From a bacterium (lineage in GTDB: Bacteria > Patescibacteriota > Patescibacteriia > Patescibacteriales > UBA12465): a DNA stretch of 64,000 bases. Made by a program: the position numbers and the translations under genes. The stretch covers positions 41,501-105,500 of the forward strand of contig DAONYH010000001.1 in assembly GCA_035414245.1 (NCBI GenBank), read 5' to 3'. Position 1 is the first letter of the stretch, and each line of letters starts with the position of its first letter. The notes beneath the pieces are model-generated. The model saw only the letters and a list, made by a program, of their open reading frames with translations, was not told where the DNA came from and made no database searches. Of the stretch, positions 56,315-63,244 are shown in pieces.

Positions 56315-57211
56315 CTATTTCTGGCAATGTGGGCAATAATGAGTTCCCCGCCCGGCCAACTTTTTCTTTTGAATTGGCGTGCCACATTTAAAACAAGCCT
56401 GCTTGGCGCGACCATAAACATGTAAAAGGCGAGAAAAATTGCCTTTCCGACCGGCTGAATCAACGTAATTATTAAAAGTGGTGCCCCGATATTTTATTGC
56501 TTTATTAATTACTTGGTTAATGGCTTGATAAAGGGCTTGAATTTCAGATTTTTTCAAACTCCCGGCCGCTCTGTCCGGCCTTATCCCGGCTAAATAAAGA
56601 GACTCATCAACATAAATATTTCCCAAACCAGCAATTAATTTTTGGTTTAATAACAAACCCTTAATACTAATCTTCTTATTTTTCAAAACTGATGTTAAAT
56701 ATTCCAGCGTAAATTCTTTAGTCAAAGGTTCAGGTCCATAGCCACGCGTAATTATTTTACTCAGTTCAGCTTCATCAACTATTTTCAAATAACCAAATTT
56801 TCTTAAATCATTAAAAAATAATTGAAAAGCATTTTTAAAAGAAAAAACCGCACGCGTATGTTTGTTTGGTAGCTCACCGCCCACCGCGGCTTGAAAAGAA
56901 GAATCACTTAAACTATGGCCGCCGGCAATTTTTTCTTTTTTGCCAACCAGAATTAATTGACCGGTCATTTTTAAATGAATTAATAAATAATGTTGCTTTG
57001 CTTCCCTAACCGCTCTTTGAATTTTAAAAATCAACAACTTCCCGACTCGATCAAGGGCGATAAATTTTTTGTTTCGTAAGGAATTTATAAAAAAAGCCGC
57101 ATCATTCTTGGCGGTTTTTGAAAAAAATAATTTTAGGTCTGTGATTTCACGCCCGATAACTGCCTTAGCTAAATCACGCCTAATTGTTTCCACTTCAGGA
57201 AGTTCAGGCAT
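56315..57211 (-). CDS. mutM: formamidopyrimidine-DNA glycosylase
   Basis: MPELPEVET at the N-terminus, an H2TH region and a C-terminal zinc finger CFKCGTPI...GRGTHYCPHCQ. Confidence 0.9.
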   Translation of the reverse strand: MPELPEVETIRRDLAKAVIGREITDLKLFFSKTAKNDAAFFINSLRNKKFIALDRVGKLLIFKIQRAVREAKQHYLLIHLKMTGQLILVGKKEKIAGGHSLSDSSFQAAVGGELPNKHTRAVFSFKNAFQLFFNDLRKFGYLKIVDEAELSKIITRGYGPEPLTKEFTLEYLTSVLKNKKISIKGLLLNQKLIAGLGNIYVDESLYLAGIRPDRAAGSLKKSEIQALYQAINQVINKAIKYRGTTFNNYVDSAGRKGNFSRLLHVYGRAKQACFKCGTPIQKKKLAGRGTHYCPHCQK

Positions 57212-57328
57212 AGAAAAAATTTAAAAAGAAAGGAGCAGAATGACGACAATTGCTAAACCTAAAAGGCCAAGCGAAATCATCTTAGCTAATCCTACACCAA
57301 TTCTATCTGGATTTATAATGGGCATAAA

Positions 57329-57391
57329 TGACGATAACTTAATCTGATGATAACTTAATCGGCAATAACTTAATCTGACGATAACTTAAAG
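57329..57391. repeat. four tandem ~16-nt units abutting the 3' end of tRNA-Tyr
   Basis: ATAACTTAA occurs at 57334, 57350, 57365 and 57381, a spacing of 16, 15 and 16 nt. Confidence 0.85.
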
Positions 57392-57392
57392 G

Positions 57393-57476
57393 TGGGCCGA
57401 GTTGGATTCGAACCAACGAAGGCACAAGGCCAGCAGATTTACAGTCTGCCCCAGTTGACCGCTTTGGTATCGACCC
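57393..57476 (-). tRNA. tRNA-Tyr (anticodon GTA), long variable arm
   Basis: The reverse strand reads GGGTCGA TA CCAAAGCGGTCAACTGG G GCAGA CTGTAAA TCTGC TGGCCTTGTGCCTTC GTTGG TTCGAAT CCAAC TCGGCCC A. It is followed by CCT, so CCA is not fully encoded. Confidence 0.85.
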
Positions 57477-57534
57477 CTTAAAAATTAAATAAAAGTATAA
57501 TCTGGAACCTAAAAGGCGGACCGATTACTGCTCT

Positions 57535-57563
57535 ATAATAAATAAATTACCACTTCTTGTCAA
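57535..57563 (-). promoter_or_regulatory. putative tRNA-Tyr promoter
   Basis: On the minus strand: TTGACA (57563-57558), 17 nt, TATTAT (57540-57535). It lies about 50 nt upstream of the tRNA 5' end. Confidence 0.45.
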
Positions 57564-57626
57564 ACAAAAACAAACTAAATACTGATTTAATTTACTAATT
57601 TAATGTTAAGAACCATTTATGTTTAA

Positions 57627-58004
57627 TTAAGAACCTCGAATGCCGACAATCAAGACACGGGTTATTCCATAGGCAAAAAAGACAATCACCAAACCAATTG
57701 CTGCCCAAACAATAATATTTTTTCCTTTTTGGATTTTTTCTGGATTTCCCGAAGAAGTCATCCAAGTTAAGCCACCAAACACAAACATGAGTAATGCCAA
57801 TGAACCAACAATACCCAAGACTGAATTAATTATTCGTCCAATTAGTTTTTGTGGAGAGTCCATATCTTGCCCCAAAGGATTTTCTAATCTATTTTTAGCG
57901 GTGGCGGGGTTACTTGCTCCACTTATATCAGCCATAACATGCGAAAAGCTAAAAAAGACAAAAAATAAAGATATAAGAAAAATGAACGATATGGTTTTTT
58001 TCAT
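57627..58004 (-). CDS. T4SS-type (VirB2/TrbC-like) pilin family protein
   Basis: A signal peptide ends in HVMA. Two hydrophobic helices flank SSGNPEKIQKGKN, the pattern of the small pilin-like proteins common in CPR. The family is recalled, not searched. Confidence 0.55.
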   Translation of the reverse strand: MKKTISFIFLISLFFVFFSFSHVMADISGASNPATAKNRLENPLGQDMDSPQKLIGRIINSVLGIVGSLALLMFVFGGLTWMTSSGNPEKIQKGKNIIVWAAIGLVIVFFAYGITRVLIVGIRGS

Positions 58005-58048
58005 ATTTTTTTAATAAAAATTTCTGTTATTATTATAACATTAAAGTG

Positions 58049-58086
58049 AAAAAGAAAAAAGAGAGCTTAGTTTCTTAGCTCTCTCT
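58049..58086 (-). terminator. terminator after the 444-aa gene
   Basis: The stem AGAGAGCT / AGCTCTCT is followed by TTTTTTCTTTTT. Confidence 0.65.
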
Positions 58087-58094
58087 TCTAAAAC

Positions 58095-58382
58095 TTAAAG
58101 TACAGAAACATAAATAGTTTGTTTTTCATGAGCTTTTATCTTCATAAAGATCTTTCCTTTGGAAGGAATTGTGGTGGTCGTTTTTGAGTTATAAGAGGTT
58201 CCATCAGAAAAATAAACAGTGTACTCTCCCTCAATGCGTTTTCCATCAACGTATTCCTTCTCGGAAGATATGCCAAATTTTGATAAATAATCTGGTTGAA
58301 AACCACGCCAAGGAGTTTCCTCTCCAGCTTTAAGGTTATAGACATAGGTCTTACCAAGATCATAGATTAAGTAGCTAACTTT
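58095..58382 (-). repeat. copy A of a 288-nt near-identical 3' coding module
   Basis: By-eye alignment to 59627-59914 shows 12 mismatches over the inner 273 nt, about 96% identity. Identity ends abruptly upstream. Confidence 0.9.
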
Positions 58383-59429
58383 AGATTGATCATAAACAAT
58401 ATTTTTGTCTTCTAATTCATGACCTTTTTGATCAGAATTCGCAGATTTCGATGAAGAGCTACTATCAAGACTGGAAGCTTTTTCAGAAACTAATTTTTTA
58501 GGATTAACCAGACGCACAAATTCCGCTTCAATCCAATACTTACTGCCACCAATGAAAGAGCCATTTTCTTTAGCTAATTGAATCAAGACAAAACCCTGTC
58601 CTTCATAAACCATTATCTCTTCTTTATGATTGACAACCTTTACTATAGTTTCCTTACTTAATAAAGTATCAAAATCATGTAAACTATTATCGGTTAATCG
58701 ATAAAGAACAGTAATGTCTTTTAAAAATGAACCGTAAGTAGCGACTGCTTCAACTTCGTTGCCAAGGCTACCACGGTCTGTAAAAGTTGAAATCCTTCTT
58801 GACCAAGAACTAAGATAACGAGTGGCTGAGCGATAGCTATCAGGCAAAAAATATTGCCAAGCATAAATAAAACAAATACAGACGATCAAAGGAACAACCA
58901 CTTTATCTAAAAATCTGAACCGAGCCGCCATACCAAAAACAATTAGTCCAAGCAAATTGAGGGCTAAAAATAATTTAAAGCTCAATAAGTTTGGATAAAG
59001 CATGGCTAAAAAACCAAAGAGAGCCACCCAAGAAACCAGGGTTTTAAGAGATTGAGGAATAACTTCTTTGTTTATGCCAAATACTTTTAAAACCGCGCCG
59101 GTTGGTAACCAAGCCAGAAGCAGAAGTAAAAGAGAGAAAATAAAAGCAATCGCAATAAACGTGGAAGATTTGCTGATAAGAGCAAAAGTAATTAGCAAAA
59201 TCGCTATTAGAGAAGAGATAAGAATAAACAGAGCATAAGCTCCAATTATTCGAGCGAGAAATCGGAAAAACTTTTTTATTCCGTCGTAGACCGCCGGAAA
59301 ATGTGTTTTTACCAATTTTCCTACGGCCACTATTTTTTCTCCTAAATAATCTCTGAATTTCTTGCAGAATACTATTAGGATCAAAAGGGCCGCCAAGAAA
59401 ATCAACAATACAACTAATAATGTTTGCAT
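58095..59429 (-). CDS. polytopic membrane protein with C-terminal beta-rich module shared with 59627..60406
   Basis: This 444-aa protein has about 6 N-terminal TM helices and a strong SD (AAAGGAGGACC). Its last ~96 aa are near-identical to the C-terminus of the upstream gene. Confidence 0.6.
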   Translation of the reverse strand: MQTLLVVLLIFLAALLILIVFCKKFRDYLGEKIVAVGKLVKTHFPAVYDGIKKFFRFLARIIGAYALFILISSLIAILLITFALISKSSTFIAIAFIFSLLLLLLAWLPTGAVLKVFGINKEVIPQSLKTLVSWVALFGFLAMLYPNLLSFKLFLALNLLGLIVFGMAARFRFLDKVVVPLIVCICFIYAWQYFLPDSYRSATRYLSSWSRRISTFTDRGSLGNEVEAVATYGSFLKDITVLYRLTDNSLHDFDTLLSKETIVKVVNHKEEIMVYEGQGFVLIQLAKENGSFIGGSKYWIEAEFVRLVNPKKLVSEKASSLDSSSSSKSANSDQKGHELEDKNIVYDQSKVSYLIYDLGKTYVYNLKAGEETPWRGFQPDYLSKFGISSEKEYVDGKRIEGEYTVYFSDGTSYNSKTTTTIPSKGKIFMKIKAHEKQTIYVSVL

Positions 59430-59574
59430 TTTTTGGTCCTCCTTTTGATTATATTAATATTGTAAAAGAACTAAATAATTATTTTTTGTCAAGCAAAAAA
59501 TAGCACTTTTATTCTAACAACATTATATCATTTAAGCAAATAAACAATAGCCTGAGCCTGATTGAATTTTGCCT

Positions 59575-59607
59575 AAGAAAAAAGAGGGTTTGATTTTAAA
59601 CCCTCTT
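59575..59607 (-). terminator. terminator after the SPFH/259-aa operon
   Basis: The stem AAGAGGGTTT / AAACCCTCTT is followed by TTTTCTT. Confidence 0.65.
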
Positions 59608-59626
59608 TTGAAAATGTACTTTTAAT

Positions 59627-59914
59627 TTACATAACAGTTACGTAAATAGTTTGTTTTTCATGAGCTTTTATCTTCATGAAGATCTTTCCTTTGGTAGGAA
59701 TTGTGGTGGTCGTTTTTGAGTTGTAAGAGGTTCCATCAGAAAAATAAACAGTGTGTTCTCCCTCAATGCGTTTTCCATTAATGTATTCCTTCTCGGAAGA
59801 TATACCAAATTTTGATAAATAATCTGGTTGAAAACCACGCCAAGGAGTTTCTTCTCCAGCTTCAAGGTTATAGACATAGGTCTTACCAAGATCATAGAGT
59901 AAATAGCTAACTTT
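59627..59914 (-). repeat. copy B of the 288-nt near-identical 3' coding module
   Basis: See copy A. The two copies are direct repeats 1532 nt apart. Confidence 0.9.
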
Positions 59915-60406
59915 ATTTTCGTCAACCACAATATTTTTAGCCCGTTCTTTCATTTCCAGATAAGCTTCTCTTTCCGCTCTTTCAGGACCATAGTCATGCC
60001 TCACTAAATTGGAGGCCGTAATTAGAATCAAGAAAATCACAATCGCTCCTGCCATTTTTCCTTTCTTAGATAAGGAACCATAGGCTCCAGCAATCAAAAG
60101 AGCAAAACAAAGAGTGATTATTTCCTCCCAAACGAACCTGACTGAAGTTCCAGCAACCAACATTTTTGCTAAAAACTTCAACGCAATTGCTAACCCAGCT
60201 GCTAAGACAAACCATAAAATATTAACGTTATTAAGGCTAAAAAACTTTTTAGCTTCGGTAACTACAACGTTCTTATTTTCTTCTTTGGTATCAGTATTAG
60301 AGTCAGGAGCAGTTCCGAAAGTCGTGGTTGTTTGATTCGCAGAGGCGACCTTAGGCTGCCCCGTGCTAGCTTCAAGCTTAATTTTTTTAATCGGTTCTTG
60401 TTCCAT
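59627..60406 (-). CDS. membrane protein with shared C-terminal beta-rich module; operon partner of the SPFH protein
   Basis: This 259-aa protein has a disordered N-terminus, 3-4 TM helices and then the shared module. It starts 4 nt after the SPFH stop. Confidence 0.6.
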   Translation of the reverse strand: MEQEPIKKIKLEASTGQPKVASANQTTTTFGTAPDSNTDTKEENKNVVVTEAKKFFSLNNVNILWFVLAAGLAIALKFLAKMLVAGTSVRFVWEEIITLCFALLIAGAYGSLSKKGKMAGAIVIFLILITASNLVRHDYGPERAEREAYLEMKERAKNIVVDENKVSYLLYDLGKTYVYNLEAGEETPWRGFQPDYLSKFGISSEKEYINGKRIEGEHTVYFSDGTSYNSKTTTTIPTKGKIFMKIKAHEKQTIYVTVM

Positions 60407-60410
60407 TTTA

Positions 60411-61658
60411 CTACTTTTTTTCTTTTTTTGTGGCTGCGCCTATCCCAGCACCGATTTGGGCTCCTTCAGAGCTCTTACTTCCATCACCGATAATCACGGT
60501 GGCGTTAGGATTCTTGGAAACAGCGTTCCACTTTTCTTTGTTAATCAAATAGTCAAGGGCAGGCTGATCTTCAACTCCGCTTTTCTTCAAATTTTCAATC
60601 TTATCAGCTTCTCCTTGTCCAATAATTTTTGACTCCTTAGCAATAGCCTCGGCGCCAATCACTTTAATTTTGGCTTCTTTTCTTGATGTTTTGATTTTAA
60701 CATCAGCCACTTCCAAATCTTTCATCGCGGCCAAAAGACGGGCTCTCTGTTCTTTTACATTATCCGGTAAATCAATGTCAGAGATAATGAAGCTAATTGC
60801 TTTAGCACCCCAACTTTCTAGAGTTTCAGCAAAACTAGATTCGCTTGCTTCTTCATCGCTGGGTTTAAATGCTTTAAACTTTTCAACTTGCAATTTCCCA
60901 TCTTTGTCACGAAAGTCAACACTCTTATCAACTAGAACAACGACATTATTGAGTCTGAAAAACCCTTTAATATCAATTGCCTCGTCAATGCGCAAAGATC
61001 CAAAAAAGGATCTCAGTATGTGTTCGGCTTTTTCCCGAATGCTGACGATAACATCACCTATTTCGTAATTCGCCTTTCTGGCGTCTTCAATTCTGAAGAA
61101 AAGATCAGCGCGTAATGAAGCACTACAATCCATAAACTCAACATCACCAGCGGGTGTGTCTTTGTTTAAATAAAGACTGAGTCTTTGTTCACCCATGTAA
61201 ACACGGCACGCAATTTTCTCTAATTTAAAGTAGGGGAAAATAATATGTGGTCCAGGCTTATATACCTCTCCAACATATTCGCCTAAGCATTCAATAATGT
61301 CTTCATGTTTGTGAGGGGTTTCAAAATAACCATTCACAATCGTAATGACAATAAAGACTAGGAAAGAAACAAATGAGACAGTCAAAGCAGTAGTGCTTGA
61401 TAAATTTAATAACATTAAAACTAACGCCAATAAAATTGCAAACACAAAGCTGACAGCGAAAAAGATACCCCAAATAAAATTACGGTGCATAGTAGCCCTT
61501 CTTTTTAATTCTTCTAATTTCTGTTGAAGTTCTTCTTCCTCAAGTCTCTTAGCTTCTTCTTTCTTAAGTTTTTCAAGAATAGCTTTTTGCTCTACTGATT
61601 CTTCCTGAGCAAAATTTTCAATGTTTTTACTTTCATTTTCCATGATAATTTCCTCCAA
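60411..61658 (-). CDS. SPFH/band-7 domain protein
   Basis: An N-terminal coiled coil and TM helices are followed by VYKPGPHIIFPYF...LRADLFFRIEDARKANYEI...LRSFFGSLRIDEA, which is SPFH-like. A Lys/Ala-rich helical tail follows. Confidence 0.75.
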   Translation of the reverse strand: MEEIIMENESKNIENFAQEESVEQKAILEKLKKEEAKRLEEEELQQKLEELKRRATMHRNFIWGIFFAVSFVFAILLALVLMLLNLSSTTALTVSFVSFLVFIVITIVNGYFETPHKHEDIIECLGEYVGEVYKPGPHIIFPYFKLEKIACRVYMGEQRLSLYLNKDTPAGDVEFMDCSASLRADLFFRIEDARKANYEIGDVIVSIREKAEHILRSFFGSLRIDEAIDIKGFFRLNNVVVLVDKSVDFRDKDGKLQVEKFKAFKPSDEEASESSFAETLESWGAKAISFIISDIDLPDNVKEQRARLLAAMKDLEVADVKIKTSRKEAKIKVIGAEAIAKESKIIGQGEADKIENLKKSGVEDQPALDYLINKEKWNAVSKNPNATVIIGDGSKSSEGAQIGAGIGAATKKEKK

Positions 61659-61747
61659 AATTTCGTTATTTTTATTTATTTAATTATTTACTTGTCAAAG
61701 AGCTTATTTTGCGGGACACGCCTAAAGCTCATTTTTTATTTCAATAC

Positions 61748-61776
61748 ATTATAGCACAATTAAATTGATTTGTCAA
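61748..61776 (-). promoter_or_regulatory. consensus promoter of the SPFH operon
   Basis: On the minus strand: TTGACA (61776-61771), 17 nt ending TGc, TATAAT (61753-61748). Confidence 0.6.
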
Positions 61777-61819
61777 TATAATTAAAATTTAAATAAAATA
61801 AAACTAGCTAATATTAAAC

Positions 61820-61853
61820 AAAAAATAAAAAAACAGGCCAAATGCGACCTGTT
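61820..61853 (-). terminator. terminator after the 97-aa gene
   Basis: The stem AACAGG / CCTGTT is followed by TTTTTATTTTTT. Confidence 0.55.
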
Positions 61854-61921
61854 CTTTTTATGTGAATCTCTATTATTTTACAATAACTTGATAATCAAAC
61901 AACTTGATAATTGAACTTATA

Positions 61922-62215
61922 TTACTTCTTTTTTGATTTTCCTTTTGGAACTTTCGGAGTATGGGAATCTTTTTGAGAATGCTGGTCTTTTAAGATATAA
62001 AAGAGGGCGAGAGTAAAGACGGCAATCGCCACTGCCTCGGAATTAGTTCTTTGAATATGATAATGATATTTCAGATCAGGTTTAAGAGCAAAAAAAGCAA
62101 CTTGGCCATAATAGCAACTTCTTACGTCATTTAAATTTGTACATTGCAGAACCGGAAAAATTAAACGCAATGAGACTAAAAAAGCGCCAATCAATAAAAC
62201 TATTTTAGCTTTCAT
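61922..62215 (-). CDS. small two-TM protein
   Basis: This 97-aa ORF has two hydrophobic helices, a Lys-rich tail and a terminator downstream. Confidence 0.4.
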   Translation of the reverse strand: MKAKIVLLIGAFLVSLRLIFPVLQCTNLNDVRSCYYGQVAFFALKPDLKYHYHIQRTNSEAVAIAVFTLALFYILKDQHSQKDSHTPKVPKGKSKKK

Positions 62216-62241
62216 AATTATTATTTTAAGTAATTAATAAA

Positions 62242-62751
62242 TTATTGAATGTTTATATTTTTAATTTTTTGCGCCTGAATTAAAGGCACACACTTACCAA
62301 AAACCGTATTAGCATAAGCGCAAGTAATACCAATTAAATCACCTCGGACTTCAATTTCTGTTGCTCTTCCATCATACAAATCATTAGTAATAACATAGAA
62401 CATACTATACTCATCATCATAATTATATTTCTCCACACCAATTCCATCGCCACTAACAAAAGTAGCCATTACTTTTCCGCGCCAAGTAACAGCAACCGGG
62501 TTAGTAAATTCTTTTTCACAATCGCAATTAATAAAATCAGTTTCGGTTTGCAAATCAACTTGATCATCGTTTACCTCTGAAATAGCCACCATGGGACGAT
62601 AAGCTACAAAAGACGAAGCCTCGGCAGCGGCTGCGCCTTTAATTAAAATTAAATTGTAACTAGTAAAGATTAAAAAACAGGAAAGATAAGTTATCACAAT
62701 AATGCCCGCCCAAAAGAAAGCGTCGTGGACTGTTTTTTTTAGTTTGTTCAT
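62242..62751 (-). CDS. hypothetical membrane-anchored protein
   Basis: This 169-aa ORF has an N-terminal TM helix (FFWAGIIVITYLSCFLIF) and a Cys-containing ectodomain. Confidence 0.5.
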   Translation of the reverse strand: MNKLKKTVHDAFFWAGIIVITYLSCFLIFTSYNLILIKGAAAAEASSFVAYRPMVAISEVNDDQVDLQTETDFINCDCEKEFTNPVAVTWRGKVMATFVSGDGIGVEKYNYDDEYSMFYVITNDLYDGRATEIEVRGDLIGITCAYANTVFGKCVPLIQAQKIKNINIQ

Positions 62752-62783
62752 ATAAATAAATTTTAAAAAATAAATAATTTTTC

Positions 62784-62853
62784 TTTTTAATAATTGTTCT
62801 CTTTTCTTTTTAATAATTGTTCCCTTTTCCTTTTAATAATTGCTCTCTTCTTC
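62784..62853. repeat. three tandem ~23-nt units followed by a CT-rich tract
   Basis: The units are tttttaataattgttctcttttc, tttttaataattgttcccttttcc and ttttaataattgctctcttcttc. They lie between the methyltransferase remnant and the 169-aa gene. Confidence 0.85.
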
Positions 62854-62880
62854 TCTCTCTTTTTCTCTCTTTAGTGTATC

Positions 62881-63132
62881 TTAAATTATGATTTTCTTCA
62901 AGTTTAAAATATTTAAATATACTTTTTTATTCTTAATTATCAAATCGTCAATTAAATTTTTAGCTTTATCAACTGCAGTCACTTTGAAACCTTGGTCAAC
63001 TAGAAAAAAAGCATCAAAACCCCGGCCACAACCCAAATCTAAAACATGACTGGCGGGAGAAAAATTTCGCCAAAACATATTAATAATTTGACTCGGCCGA
63101 TTATCATCGTTAACATTATTATTAGCAAGCAT
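62881..63132 (-). pseudogene. remnant of a class I SAM-dependent methyltransferase (N-terminal 83 aa only)
   Basis: HVLDLGCGRGFDAFFLVDQGFKVTAVD is SAM motif I plus the acidic loop. The ORF stops before motifs II-III and is followed by tandem repeats. Confidence 0.45.
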
Positions 63133-63244
63133 ACATTATAATTTTATATTATCTTACGTATTAACAACAATACAAAATCTCTAGTTGATAAAAAAATAAT
63201 AAAATTACTAACAAGGCCAGAAAAAGTGATTAAAATAAAAGTGT

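Noticed and set aside
57221-57325. A 34-codon hydrophobic mini-ORF (MPIINPDRIGVGLAKMISLGLLGLAIVVILLLSF) between the tRNA-Tyr repeat array and mutM.
   Set aside because: It has no SD and is very short. Hydrophobic peptides arise easily from T-rich sequence. I kept it only as a note inside the tRNA-Tyr array finding.
53795-57391. The TTAAGTTAT motif of the tRNA-Tyr array also occurs twice in the 5' leader of the HTH-hsdM operon (ATTAAGTTATGTTAAGTTAA, about 53797-53816). This could suggest a common operator for the HTH protein.
   Set aside because: My rough expectation for this A/T-rich 9-mer in 128 kb of both strands, at this base composition, is a few chance hits. The link is therefore not supported without a genome-wide motif test.
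58142-59931. ORFs 58142..58363 and 59674..59931 look like a conserved pair of small proteins.
   Set aside because: They are alternative-frame readings of the duplicated 288-nt module. Their conservation is a by-product of the nucleotide repeat.
1642-61527. Many ORF-track entries lie antisense to, or in alternative frames of, confidently identified genes. Examples are 1642..1929, 7182..7367, 8499..8735, 9582..9797, 12274..12552, 12823..13143, 21214..21441, 22611..22838, 26080..26322, 30493..30780, 32144..32356, 33134..33331, 35055..35255, 36355..36591, 37390..37647, 40414..40614, 42264..42506, 44015..44287, 46973..47242, 48000..48427, 49763..49985, 50266..50601, 52813..53462, 54979..55719, 57787..58014, 60114..60632, 60670..61068 and 61345..61527.
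   Set aside because: Each is fully nested in a longer ORF with clear family motifs. They have low-complexity translations and no SD or promoter context, so I treat them as chance ORFs of an AT-rich sequence.
21010-62853. Whether any of the tandem repeat clusters (21010, 57329, 62784, 40750-40799) is a CRISPR array.
   Set aside because: The units are 14-34 nt and directly abut each other with no unique spacers. There are at most 4 copies and no cas genes.
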